Shown here: positions 1 through 13,361 of the stretch, piece after piece
Layout: every line of letters begins with the position of its first letter
Numbering within the stretch: the first letter of the stretch is position 1
Source: Glycera tridactyla
Taxonomy: Eukaryota
Assembly: GCA_965644265.1 (NCBI GenBank)
Contig: OZ286468.1
Span: 8,370,001-8,434,000 of the forward strand
Reading direction: 5' to 3'
DNA length: 64,000 bases
Program-made: the position numbers and the translations under genes
The notes under the pieces: generated by a model
Told to the model about the DNA's origin: nothing
Database searches by the model: none
Seen by the model: the letters and a program-made list of their open reading frames with translations, nothing else

Positions 1-445
1 GCAACCCATGCTTAGGACATGTTTGAGTCATGGTGTAATTTCTTTTATTGATTGATTGATTTATTTTCAGCTAAGCTGGTGTGATATGATCAGGGTATTC
101 AGTTCATACAATCATCCATGTACACTTGTAGACCTGTGTTTAAGAAAGGCCCGCCTATAGCACTCTGTATGGTTTCTGACCAACTATGGATATTCAATTA
201 CAAGCTGGGCTCCAGAACGTTGGACATTCTGAGAACCATTTCTGGTTTCAGAGCTCATAATTTTGGATTTTGTGGTTGTGGAATTATCCATATATTTGGA
301 TGAATTCAGCAGGTAGCCTTGAAATGTTTGTTGGAGGCAAGACTGAGAGATTCAGATCATGTTCCGCTAAAGGTTAAAATCAAGCATTGATGCCAAAATC
401 TCAGACTCCTAGCATGGTTGGCTACTCCCCCAAGATAATCCGGAG

Positions 446-672
446 TCTTCAAGATAAAAGTCATGAAGGCGATCCCGGATCTTTTAAGAAATTTAAGCTT
501 CACCGAGATAATGGAGTAGACATAATATTCAAAATGACATAGTATCAAGAGATAATGCTGGATCTTCAAAATAATCGAGAATCTTCGAAATAATGCAGAA
601 TCTTCAAGATAATCAAGAAACTTCAAGATGATCTGGAATTTCAAGATAATGCATGATCTTCAAAATAATCTG
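446..672. repeat. Degenerate ~19-20-bp tandem repeat (atcttcaagataat core)
   Basis: Repeated tcttcaa(g/a)ataat units, dense at 560-672. Confidence 0.75.
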
Positions 673-2838
673 GATTCCTGTGTGATAATTCTCTCTTTGA
701 CCCATGGATCATGAATGACCTGAATATGCTGGTGTTGAAGTTGGTGGCGTTGAATGGTCTCTGATGGCTGTATGGTTGTCATATATCATGGGGGGGGGGG
801 GGGGGGGGAGCTAGTGCTGTCTCATAATGCAATGTTCTCCAAGCTGCACTTGATGATCTCCGTAGCCTGTGCTCCTGTGCTTGCAATCAGCCAAACAGCC
901 ACACACATAGGCAGGGATATCCGGACTCTGTATCCTGTGCCTATAGAAGTCACATCAAGTTGGAAATGGGCATGTACAAGCCATTTATCATGTGCCCAAT
1001 CACTGCATTGTATCCAACAGATTTTGATGAGTTAACGTGAGTTATGGCACAAAGAAATGTAAGATGACGCATAAATACAGCAACAGCGTGCCCTAAAGGC
1101 CCATCGACCTTCCCAAGTCAGGAAATCCCTGCTAAAGCTTCTCTCATTTTGTGAAACAAGTTTGCTTATCTTTAGCCAGATCTCCATCCGTAAACAATTA
1201 TTTGCTCAGATCATGTCAGTGTATCACTTCCTCATGTTTGGAACAGGGAATGGAATGGGAAGATTTCAAGCTCCAAAATCACATTAAAATACGTACAGTA
1301 TTTCGGATTTCTAAATTTTATGGAATACATATAAAAAATGTGTTCATGAAAATAGAATTAATTGCTTTAGTTTGGTGAAAGACTGGTATCTGGCAATGGA
1401 TTGAAGCATGGTTTCAGCCAAAATTACCTTCATGCCAATGGCTTCGAAGCGCATAGCTCTAAAAATACGACACTGCATGGTGAAGCATGTTCCACTGTTT
1501 GAATAGAATCAGTCAAGTTCAGTTTTGAGAGCATTTAGACTCGATGAGACAGCCCTGGCGGTACGGAATGGGAATCACCTGATGCGAATCTTCAGGGATT
1601 CATGAGGTTGAAAGTCGAACAAAATCTGAGGGCATTCCACCTCAATGGATAATTTTATGATGATAACTAGAGTACTGGTTGTATTTGATTTATCCATATA
1701 CGATATATGATATATCTCAAGGAGGAATTGACTGTTTTTAAAACCATTATACCTATGTCATTGTCGATATGTTATACTTGTTTGTACTGAACTGTGACAG
1801 TCCGAAATTCTGAACGTACACACAGTGCATGACCAATTACTCACGTTTTACTGTGATGATGATGATGATAATTAAGATGTCTCCGTACTCCGTATATTAT
1901 CCCTTCATTTGACTGTATTTACAACTCAACTCATGTTGAATTTGACTGTATATACTACTCTTCATCCTCATGACTATATCTCATTGACCCTTAACCCTCC
2001 AGCTTTTATTTAATGCACCAACCTCTGTAAATGATTGTCATCATTTGACCTTTTCGACCTATTTGCTGAACAAAATTTTCTCCTGGATTGTGTCGAAATC
2101 ATATTCACTTATTAAAATCTTTCGAAACCATCACAATATTTTGACCCAGCTACGAGCAGTTTTGGAGATGTGATGTATTCGTGGCTTCGCTACTGTTCTC
2201 TCGCATTTCTATATGTCAGAAATTTATATTGACAGTGGAATCAGTCAGCAAACGAGGCTTTCTGAGGCCTGAAATCTCGATGAAGCCTTGAACTAACTTG
2301 TTTGTGAATCTAGAACTGGCCAGGATAACTTTTGGCTGAAATATTTCGGTCAGAGAAAATTTCAGTCTTCTTTGAAATCTAAGGAAGACTCGAGGTTTTC
2401 TAACAATAAACAGACGATAGAGTTTTCAATATTTATTTAGATGCATGAGATCCTGCACAATCCTGGTATGAGCAGACTATAAGATCATTTTCAGTGCTGT
2501 TTCTCTGTCATGAGGATGAATGGATCGAAGTAACTGATCACTTACGTCACCGTAATTTCCAGGAGATCGGGGGACATAGATCAGGGTGGACACACAGCTG
2601 ACGTCACAGCTCACGACGTAGACAACATGCATACAACAGCAACTGCCCGCCGCTTTCTCTAACTACTAATTGCCTTCTTCTCTCACCTCTCATCACACAT
2701 GAGCTGAAATAATAACCCCATTAACTCTCACTTTTGGCATTCAACTCATGAAAATTAACATCGAAGGTTAGCATCGTGTCTGACTAGTATTTGTAGCTTG
2801 ATTGTTACAAAGGACATGATGTTTTCAGCCCACTTGCG

Positions 2839-2926
2839 TACAGTTGAACCTGTGACGAGAGATGGCATTAAATGTCACCAAAAAGTGGTCTCTCATCCGG
2901 GGTCTCTCATCGCACGTTTCACTTTA
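2839..2926. mobile_element. Internally deleted copy of the CAGT-TIR MITE
   Basis: tacagttgaacctgtg ... cacgtttcacttta with aaaagtggtctctc inside. Confidence 0.5.
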
Positions 2927-4123
2927 CTTAATGTGGTGCCCCGTGAGATGTGAAGATAGTATTGCTAAAATGCTAGGCACGAGGACAATCTGCTGATGTC
3001 CCTCAATAATCTCCTTAATTTGGGTAATTTATCGCAGAAGTTGGAAACTGAAAACTTCCATTTTTGCATTCCCACACCTGGGAAATCATTCCCCTTCTGG
3101 CATAATATCAGGCAATATAACAGACATATATGGATACCAAAAGGTTGATTTATCTTATGAATTTAGCTATTGCTTAAAAAATTCAGTTTTTTCCCATCTT
3201 TTTAATATGCCCGCAATCACTGAAAACAGATGGTGAAATTCACTTCTGTATGAAAGTTATTTTGCTCACGAAGCAATGCCTAATAATAGAGCATCCCGGA
3301 ATTCAGAATAACTGGGTCAGTGGATATCATTGTTGACACATCGGGATTCATGCTCCCCAGATTCTGACCTCCTCAATGAGATGCACGTGACTCATGGTTG
3401 AGTCATGGTCGCACAAACATGAAGTCCTATGTTGGCCACTGTGACACTACAGTCACAAACATGATGCGTACTGATGAATACAACAGTGCAAATAATACAC
3501 TGTGGCACTACACTCACATTTTGTAATATGTGAGCTGGGACCCAGGCTTCACGGGGTAATCAGCAGTGCCCCAGACGTCCTATGTTGGCCCATGTGATCC
3601 TGTAAGCTACTATAAACCACAAAAAAATGACCATCCTGCTCTTGGGTCATTCATGTATTGATTCTACCACAAAGTGACTGCAGACAGTAGTGACTGTTCA
3701 GCTGCAGTATGTGGATCCACCTCAACTACATTCAGAGGTAGCTGCCCATTGGATGATTTCATTTGTGCCTGAACTGGTTTTAAATACTGAAAGTTTGGTG
3801 ACCCATGAACATAATTGTAACATGAACAAAACAGACACCCACCCTCAACTATCAGGGGGCTCGACAATGTCATCAAATACTAACTCACAACAAGCACACC
3901 ATGTGCATGATGATCGGATAATTCAAACTAATGGTATTTCAAAAAGATGGACTCATGACAGTTGCTGTTCCAAAGCAAAATCGATCTCCGAGATTTGATG
4001 TGACATAATATTCTGACTGATATTGACTGATATTGTGCAGTATTTACTCGCACACAGATGATTGATATGAAATTATTTGAGCTCATGTCTTGTGCCTTGT
4101 TGCCATCTCATTCCGTTTTACAG

Positions 4124-4214
4124 CATCACTCTCAACACGTTGACGTTGGCGGTTGAGAGTCCACATGTCTACACGCAGGCGGGTGTAGCCCTCTCGGTGA
4201 CTGGTATCGCACAG
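4124..4214 (+). CDS. FLOT1: FLOT1 exon 4 variant a (91 nt): [30 protein letters not shown]
   Basis: Acceptor ttccgttttacAG, donor cag|GTagac; 1 nt plus 30 stop-free codons; homologous to FLOT1 residues 41-70. Confidence 0.94.
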
Positions 4215-4757
4215 GTAGACACAAATCCTCCCTCGCTCCCTGAGCCCCTCTCTCAACTCACGCCGCTGCAGGCAGATGACGTGTCCATGTTCGGTCAATG
4301 TTGAAACATTGAATTGTTGTATTTCAATGTTGAAGCAGCTGTCTATCGCAGTTAGGTAGTCCTTTCAGTGTTCACTAGATGTCAGGACACCATTTGCCTG
4401 CAGGATTGTTGTTTGCGAAGCTGCGGTCAAAGCTCAGCATTCTGTCCAACAGAAGTTGTCAGAAACCATGCCATACCACGATGAGTGACTCCGTATTCGA
4501 AAAAATTGTTTTAATTTGATAAAACGAACAAAATTCCACCCTTGTTTAATTATCAGGAGCATCTTGCACTCTGTCATTCAATAAACTTGAAAATTTGCAT
4601 AGTTGCGATTTTGACAAATTAATAGAAATACTGTGGTATTGGTCATACCTGGCTACGGTTGGTGACAGGTGCTGTGGCTTTTGAGCCGTGAGTGGAGTGC
4701 TCGGCCCACCTCATTCTGAGTTTACCGCGCTGCGCCTGGCGTCCATACCTGCCAATC

Positions 4758-4799
4758 ATCATCATCGTCATCGTCCTCCTCCTCCTCCTCCTCCTCCTC
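4758..4799. repeat. (ATC)n-(CCT)n microsatellite
   Basis: Direct inspection. Confidence 0.9.
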
Positions 4800-7290
4800 G
4801 CCATACCCACTGCCGCTGCCCACTTGCTCCTGTCCTTGCTCATAGGCCATTGTGTGAACCTTCTCTCTCATCTCCGTAGAACTCTCATCTGGTTGTGACT
4901 CCTGGGGAAAGTCGGTTATCAGAATCCGCGATTTCTTCTCTTTCCAGACCCGCATTCAGTTACCTGTGATCGGCATCCCTTTCTGAAAGATTCCCAGACT
5001 TTTTTTACTGAAAGTTCCTTGTTGCCAAGTGGCCAGTGTATTGATGATCACAGAGATTTGGTCTCATATAACAGAATTGATCTGTATTTTGAGGTGGGAT
5101 TGCCAGATTTGACTACAGTAAACTTCTCCACCTTTTTACCTCCTTTCTTGGAAGGAGAATTTTGCGTTTCTGTAACCGACTTTTCCTGATATCTCATTCC
5201 ATTCATTACCACTTACACCTTCTGCTGCGTCAAGTTGTCTAAGCACTTGCGGTGCACTGACGCATAGTCTGTATTGGTGATCCATGAACCACGGTGCTCA
5301 CCGAGTGTGCATCCATCTCAAAATTCACATAGAATTAAAATCACCATTGAAATAGGTATGGGCTATGAATTTGGGAGAAATTTCGATGTTAAATATCATA
5401 AGCGGTTGTTCAAAGTATGCTGTATTGGAATGATGACAGACGAAGACAATGGCCTTCCAATGTGGCCCTGTCCGCCATAGCCCTACATGTTGGGCCATAC
5501 CATAATATTATGCACCATTTTCTCTTCGTCACAACCATGAAACCAGTCATTATGGAAATGAACTGCTTTGCATTATTTCGCATTCCCGTACATTCCATAG
5601 TCTGCTGGTGCCTAAACTGACCCAGGTGGTATCAGCGTACAACCCGTTTAGTTGTCGCATCGAGACATGTGCCCTTCATGGAATCACCGGCCAGTTAGCA
5701 CACTCTATCGCAGTCTTTTTTCCTTCAAGCTCAGTTCTCACTGGTTGTCATTCGATGACACACAAACACCACATTTTCAGATTGTGTTATCCAGAAGGTG
5801 AACCAGCATTTCATAATTCTTGCACTCAATTCTGTAGCACGGTTGAGAGAATGGTTTTATGAGGCGCCCAGTACTCCATCTGGTGATTCTCGGGAGAGAC
5901 ACAGACTGCGAAATATGTGGGAGCTGTGATAGGACATCCTTCACTTCTCACATCTACACCAACATCATTTAATTTTGAATTTGAATTTGAATTCAAATTT
6001 AATCTGTGTTATGTGGTAGTCGAAGAATGCAGTGGGTAAACTGGTTAACCGCTCTTACTCTTGAGTAAAATCCATGATTGGAGCCAACGCTCCCATATTA
6101 CACGCATTCTTCAGGTTCTAACATTATTCACTTTCCATACACTTCCTCCTTTCCCCCAACACCATCCCGTGCAGTCACGGGGAAAAACGCTGTAGCATTC
6201 CTGTGAACTTGATACTTGTACTTACATAGATCATTTCAAAATATCTAGTCAGGAAGTCATCCTGGACTGTGAATATAAAGATAGGCCTAGCAGCGATTAA
6301 AATACATGTTAGGCCGTGGTTTCATGGGCTGATTTTTTGCACCGATCATCGAGAAATTGCAGCCATCTGCTGGGTATGTGCCACTGAAAAGATGATCAAG
6401 ATGTGATTCAGGGAATGAATTTGGCTGGAGTTATAGTGCCATGCTCATTCTAAATGCATCCTGGGCTCAAATATCATGAGCAAAATCAGTATCTGCTCTG
6501 GAATTCAACATATTCCAGATTGACCATCAGTATCAGTTCACAGCAGTATTCTTGGCTGATATGGCACTTCCGAAGTTAGGAGATTTTGACGCTGTCTAAT
6601 GTTTTGCAAACACTCGTAAATGAGAAAGGACATCTTATACAGTGGTTGACCTTCTATTTCTGTTCATGATGCCCCCTTTCATCTTCCACCCATCCAGTGA
6701 CACGCGCATACATTAGCACACGGACACTTACATGCACAAACTAACTTGAAAACGATACTTGAGTTAGGGAAAATGCGCCTATTCCAATCCTCGTACCAGT
6801 AGATAGGATCACCTCTCAGGTTCTTTGCTAATAGTTATGAACGAGTAGGGACACTCCATGGACACTATCATATTGTGCATTAAAGTATCGTCTCATAGTA
6901 TCTGAAATTCTCGCCAGGTTGATAAATTGACCATCCTCGCTGGACTCATTGCTTCCATAGGCTGAGAAAGACAGTGTCACTATTACGATAATAATCTTAC
7001 TTATATTTTCATCATTTGAAAGTTTTGCGCTGATTGGAATCATCTCACGTGGCTTAATTTTTTTCAGATTGCTGCAGAGTTGTGGTTGCCTTTGAAATTA
7101 ATCAAGCCCTTATTTTGCTATTTGTACGCCACTAGCTGCCGTTAGCTGGATTGTGCTTGTCAGTCAAGTCTAGAATAAGTCGTTGTAGTTGTGTGAGGTT
7201 TGGAAACACGCGGTTGATGAGAGACAACCCGGCAGAACGTGCCTCGTTTTGGCGAGACACACTCAGCTGCAATCTCATTCCGTTTTTCAG

Positions 7291-7381
7291 CATCACTCTC
7301 AACACAATGACGCTGGCTGTTGAGACCACACACGTCTACACACAGATGGGCGTAGCACTGTCGGTCACGGGTATTGCGCAG
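7291..7381 (+). CDS. FLOT1: FLOT1 exon 4 variant b (91 nt): [30 protein letters not shown]
   Basis: Acceptor ttccgtttttcAG, donor cag|GTagac; 26/30 aa identical to 4a, with 12 synonymous and 4 non-synonymous codon differences. Confidence 0.94.
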
Positions 7382-9638
7382 GTAGACACATCACACCCAC
7401 CCTCCCACTATCCCAACCTGACTAAATCCTTGGAAACAAGTCAGCAAATGACATCACTGCCACCTTTAGATCAAGCACAATCTATAGTATTTCACACTAG
7501 ATTTCGTCTCGAAACAAAATACTTCAACATTGTAATAGTCACAAAGATTTCACGATATTTCGGAGGGTCCTATGCTGGAGTATTTGTGACAAATGTGTTA
7601 TAGACCAGAGCTGCAAGGAAGCAAATGTCACAACTAAAAATCATGCAGGATCACTTTTGAAGAAATATCACTTGGTCACCTGCATATAGAATATGAATGC
7701 ATTCACTTGGTTTGAATTATCTTCACAGCTGGATGCCTCAGGAATACCTCAGGGTGCATCATCACTTTTATTGGGCCTGTCCATGAATCTAGCCAATCAT
7801 TACTTGAAATTAATCTGCCGAGCAATCATTTTATTACGAATCACAATGTTCGATATGCTGATTATCCCCGCAATAGCACAACAGTTTCTCTCCAGATAGT
7901 AAACACCCACCGAATAGCGTTAATTTCTTATCATATTTGCCACCTATGAGACCTGCATATGCCGTTATCTCTTAAATAATGGCACATTCACGTTGTTCCA
8001 CTTGCACAAGGAGTTTGCAAGCTTCTAGAGTGGAGTTTGCTTTCCAAAGAGCACTCCTTGCCGGCGTAGAGATGTGACTGTAACTGTCCGTAAATCTCTT
8101 CTGTTTAATTACTAATCAATTATGAAAATGCTGAAGTTTCCTCAATTAATTCTCACTAAAATTTCACTGCTTACTCATCTCATAGGTCCGCCTTCATGAC
8201 AACAAATATCGTTACATTTGTATGCTTAAGTTTGATAAGTTATATTCATTCAATGAACTAAGTATTTAATTCCGACCTCTTTGCAGCATTCACCATTTCC
8301 CTCTTCTGGCACTGTAGCACCAGTATTCCAGTAGAGCGCCCACATTTAGTGCCTTGAATGCTCTTTGAATTTGGATCCGTTGCGAATCGTAAACCACAGC
8401 TAACGATTCTGTAAAGGCTCCATGTTCAGCGCCTGGTTGGGCTCACGCCATCATACAGTGAGAGTTGATGTCATTTGTTGACAGGGATGTTCTCTAAATG
8501 TGACCTAACAGCAGGGCATGCTGCTGTCTGAACGTCAATGCCAGGCTAAAACAGCGCAAACTCAAAATGGAGAATGCAAATTTGATATCTTGTTAGTATT
8601 TCTAGTCTAGTAAATAGTAAAAATTGAACTGAAGCTGTCGCAGATCAATCTCAACAATCTTATCGCCTTTTTTCTCCCGAAGTATAGGTTTTCCTTGTGC
8701 ATTCTTTATGTCAGGCTAACCTGAAACATGGAATTCACATAGAAAAAATCCAGGGTTTGCTCTTGAGCAGGGCCAAATTTCTGCTAGCTCTTGCATGCGG
8801 AGCACATAAAATGTGCCATCCAGTTTTACTGAGAGGTGGTGAAGACTATGAGCGTGTTAGCCTTGGTGTCTGGCTATAGCTACTCATTGTTCGGTACTTG
8901 TGTTAGCTCTCGTTGTTGTAGCTTAGCGCCATCTATGTCAGCGTGACAGACGCAGCAGTTGTGAGGTAGTAATGAGAACACAATCCTCCGCCATCTTGAC
9001 GCCAGGCCAGCAGAACGTCCGACATCACGACCCATGCCCGCTCGCCTTCCCCGCCCCCGCTGCTACCCTCCTCGCTGCTCTCACTCGCTCATGCCCGGTC
9101 AATGCTGATTGGGCCACCATTGCTCTGCTCATCCTCCCCCTTGCTCTCATTTGCATGTCAGTTTCCTCTGCTCGCTCACCATATCCTCACACCCGCTGCG
9201 CCAGTGTTAACTTAGCACCCGCTGCTCACTGATGCATTACATAAGAATGCAGTTACCCCGCTCAAACCGGAACCACCCGACACTCACCCAATCAAACCAT
9301 CCTCAAGAAGAAGCAAAGATCTTTATTGAAAACAAGGAATGAAGGACAAGTTGCACCTTTCTGATTGACACGTTTATGCTCAATGTGTGGTCTGGCTTTG
9401 GGCCATCCCACACGTCAGCTGTTGGTTCTGTGAACACAGGTGTTCAAGGGTTTACTCATCAATCAAGAAATAATCATGCAGTCTCCCTCGCTATGGAAAT
9501 CACTTGCAAGCAAACTTGTAAGATCTTGAAATGATACTTTAATTGAGTAATATATAAGACTGTTAGAAATTGCAATTTATACTAAGGAAACACATGTAGT
9601 CCCCTTTTTTGGTCTGCCGAACCCAGCGCATCTTGTGG

Positions 9639-9820
9639 TATAGTAAAACCTGTCTTGAGAGACCGCCCCAAATGCCGACAAAAAGTGGTCTCTCAAGACA
9701 GGTGGTCTCTCATTGGAGGTATATTTGACTATGTCAAATAGTGAAGAGCCGGTAAAAAGTGGTCTCCCATTAGAGGGTGGTCTCCCAAAAGAGGGGTCTC
9801 CCAAGACAGGTTTCACTGTA
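9639..9820. mobile_element. Tc1/mariner-type MITE (TA-CAGT...ACTG-TA family), 182 bp
   Basis: Terminal inverted repeats ta-tagtaaaacctgtcttg / caagacaggtttcactg-ta; internal GGTCTC repeats; near-identical copy at 40450. Confidence 0.8.
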
Positions 9821-11717
9821 CTGCCCGTTTCCGTCACTGTCTCATTTAGTGTTTTTCTGAGGAGAAGAGGATTCGAGCAGTGGTACAAGTTTGATTGTGT
9901 GTGCTACACGAGAGGGAGACTGCCAGTTTAATGAAACTGATATGTTTATAAGGTCCGCTAATCTCCCCATCTTTTCATTTCTACACGGTTATTTGGTAGT
10001 CGATTAGTATGAATGAATGACAGCGATCACCTGCATTTTGCATGAAGTTCAACTTTCTAATTCAAGGACAATTGCCTGCCTACTTCAAAATCACGAATCA
10101 TACCACAATGTAACCTTACTTACATGTAGGATCGTTATAGTGTTAAAGATGTTACCATGATATTGTTCCTTTGGAATATTTGCAGTTAAATGGTGCTCTC
10201 ACTTGTGCAAGATTTTACTTGCCTCTTTGTACACGCATCATTCAAATCTGTGATTGAGAAGTTTTTTGAGTTCCGGTCTGATGCTGGGAGGCAATTCAAA
10301 CATCAGGACCGTGCATATGAACATTCAAAATGCATTCTTGGTACTTGTATATTACCGGAGGACCATTTAAAAGATAATGTTGACAGTTCAAAGATAATGT
10401 TGACTGTTCAGTTATACCTCTTGTCAGATGATTACCCCAGTGATCACATGTATGCATGAAGATCACATGGGAAGGGCTTTTGCCTTTTCGACCCATTAAT
10501 GTTCGATAATTATGATATTTTTGCCCGTGGATGCTATCAACCAATAAGGTTGATCTCTGGTGGAGTTTTGACCTCCATGTGAATGTGGTGTGCCTGCGTG
10601 CAGCTTGGGCACAGTCACATGTTTATAACTGACTTCCAGAGCTATTGAGCTTGACTAACTAGGGCTTGACCCTCCGATCCTCAGCGCAATTGCCCCGTTC
10701 GCAAGTCGTCACTGAGGTATACTTGCCCGAACAGTGAATGTCCTTGCCTCACTTATTTTAGGTATATAACTATCCCTCAAATGAACTTGCCATTATGGCA
10801 TGTAGGCATGATAATCCACTTGCCTGAGAACAAATTTTACTCATCCCAGGCAGAGAGCAATGGTTGAATTCGAGCCCTGCTGATAGACACTGGCTTCAAA
10901 CCAGAACCAGCATTTCAAACTTACGGTTGCTGGTCATGAGAATTACTCAGGAAGCGGAGAGTAATTTTACCAAAATTCTGGCTTTACCTGCTCACTGCCA
11001 TACTAAATACAACTTTGTGTTTGAGGTGATCCTGCTTGACTACATTTTTTTTCCAGATTATGGCAGATGTTAACGATGATGGTTGACTGATTTCCCGACT
11101 TACTGTTCATTTTGAGGTAGACTTGTGTGGCCCCTCTCCCACTACTGTCTGACAACATTTCATGCACTGCTTACAGTTTCTGGGGGCTCCGCAACGGCGA
11201 CAGGGACGTCACTCATTTCTTAACTAACATCCAACGCTGCTGCCTTTCTAATAACTCGTGTTTTGCCGTTGACAGGAACAGTTTTGGACTGTAATGTACA
11301 ACTAACGATGCATGTTCTATGATTTATGCCACTCATCCAGTTCATTTTTTCATATTTCAAAGAGCACTGATTGTCTGGACAACTGAGGCACATTTTACCG
11401 TGAACAGTTCAATGCTAATTGACAAAATTACTTTGTAGTGCTTGCTATTCATTTCTTTGTGTTTTGGTAACATCCCCCTTATCCATAACTGTACTGTCAC
11501 TCTGTGTTGTGGAAAAGGAGTGTGCAAGTTGAAAACCAAGTGCCCATGAAAGTTGACTGTTTACAATCCAGTACATGTGGACTTATATTTCACATACTAA
11601 TATGACTTTCATTTCTAGCGGCATAGAATCTTGTATCTATATATCTCACCGCTGATGGTGGTTCCCATGGTTCACGAATGTCCCTTCCTATAATATTTCA
11701 CTGTCCAGGTGTTTGGT

Positions 11718-11956
11718 TCATATGCCATCCTCTTGGAGTTTGGTTGTCTTAGCGTCTAGTTGTGATGCAATGCTCTTGTTAGCTACTCCCACTTGACAAC
11801 CTTCCTGGTTCCACATCAGCTCGTCTTCAGGGTTTGTGATATTGAAATCTGCTTTCTTGTCCACCTCTGACTCGCTGGATGGTGATGCACTTCCATCATT
11901 TACCCATCCATCGTCTGGAAACGGTTCACTTTGCATCCCACTACAACAATCTGCTC
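11718..11956 (-). other. Possible terminal coding exon of a nested or decayed antisense gene
   Basis: Minus-strand acceptor cctttcatatcaacAG, then 2 nt plus 78 open codons (ADCCSGMQSEPFPDDGWVND...KLQEDGI) to TGA; no family recognised. Confidence 0.3.
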
Positions 11957-12825
11957 CTGTTGATATGAAAGGACGATGAGTGTCTGTGATTATAATCTCA
12001 ATTCACCTCCTGTTTGCGATCCAGTCGAACCTGACCAAAGGTGTGCCCACTTGTCTTTTTCAACCCCCAATTTTCAAAATGAGCACCCTGGAGTGATCTT
12101 TCAAAAAATGATAGATAATTCAATTCAATTATGGCACCCTGTTTCTGGCAGAATTTTTCTGAAAATGTAAGAAATTGCCAGAAATCTCGCTGGTGGATTC
12201 AGAAAATATACATTTTAGTATATGTTTCAGAAAATTCACCCATACTTCGGAAAATTCTGTGTCATTTCATCAACATCACTGTTTCTTGAAAATTGGTTGA
12301 ATATTGAGTGCATGGAAGAAGGGTTCTCGGCCTGAATGCCTCGCTAAAATGCTGTTATTATACTTGTTGGCATACATAATATAAACGATATAAAAATATG
12401 ATCCTCAGGTGGTTTTTATTCAGCGCAATGATTGATTATGAAAACACAAGTAAATCCCAGCACCAGTGTGCATTGAATGCAATCAATTACAAGTTGCAGC
12501 GCTGCATTGTCGGAGAAATCATTGATTTCACGATTGTGCCTACAAACTGCAATCATCTAGATATCGAAACGAATATCTAATAAAAAACCTCTTGACAATT
12601 TGTCCCAGCCTAATAGGATATTCGTGCCTACAAATTTTCACATTCAGGCATGGAACTCGTCCCTTCCACTGCCCATAAAATGTGGTCCTGTGATATCTTT
12701 CATGACTGCTGATTTGCTGTCCTCTATTCGCATCCGAGCTGTTGAACTGCCCACCCTATCATTAGTACTAGTTTCTGGGAATTACATCCCTTTTGAACTG
12801 TGTTGGTATCTCTTTGTTTGGATCG

Positions 12826-13209
12826 GTCAATCTGATGGTTACATGTAGAGGTCACATGGCGATCCGGTCAAACTGATGCTTACATGTAGAGGTCACATGA
12901 CGATCAGGTCAAAGTGAGTGGTTACATGTAGAGGTCACATGACGATCAGGTCAAACTGAGTGGTTACATGTAGAGGTCACATGGCGATTAGGTCAAACTG
13001 AGTGGTTACATGTAGAGGTCACATGAAGATCAGGTCAAACTGAGTGGTTACATGTAGAGGTCACATGACAATCAGGTCAAACTGATGGTTACATGTAGAG
13101 GTCACATGACAATCAGGTCAAACTGATGGTTACATGTAGAGGTCACATGGCGATCAGGTCAAACTGATGGTCACATGTAGAGGTCACATGGTGATCAGGT
13201 CAAACTGAG
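12826..13209. repeat. Minisatellite, about 9 x 41-42 bp
   Basis: Unit acatgtagaggtcacatg(g/a)cgatcaggtcaaactga(g)tggtt starting at 12841, 12882, 12924, 12966, 13008, 13050, 13091, 13132 and 13173. Confidence 0.95.
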
Positions 13210-13306
13210 ATCATGCTGCTGATGATTACATTTAGAGAGGTGAGATGGTGATTGGGTCGTAATAGTGGTGGTTACCTGTAGAATTTGAATAGTGATCCTA
13301 GTGGTG

Positions 13307-13361
13307 AGGTCATACTTAGGTCATACTGAGGTCATACTGAGGTCAGACTGTGGTCATACTG
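13307..13361. repeat. 5 x 11-bp tandem repeat (AGGTCAtactg)
   Basis: aggtcatactt aggtcatactg aggtcatactg aggtcagactg tggtcatactg. Confidence 0.9.

Noticed and set aside
1-4100. Upstream FLOT1 exon (GGRVFV.P motif)
   Set aside because: Not found by eye; presumed to lie upstream of the window.
4643-4955. ORFs with poly-Leu/Ile (signal-peptide-like), poly-Glu/Asp, poly-Pro and poly-Arg
   Set aside because: Translation artefacts of the (ATC)n(CCT)n microsatellite.
12826-13209. CRISPR-like regular array
   Set aside because: Units are contiguous with no unique spacers, in a eukaryotic intron; it is a minisatellite.
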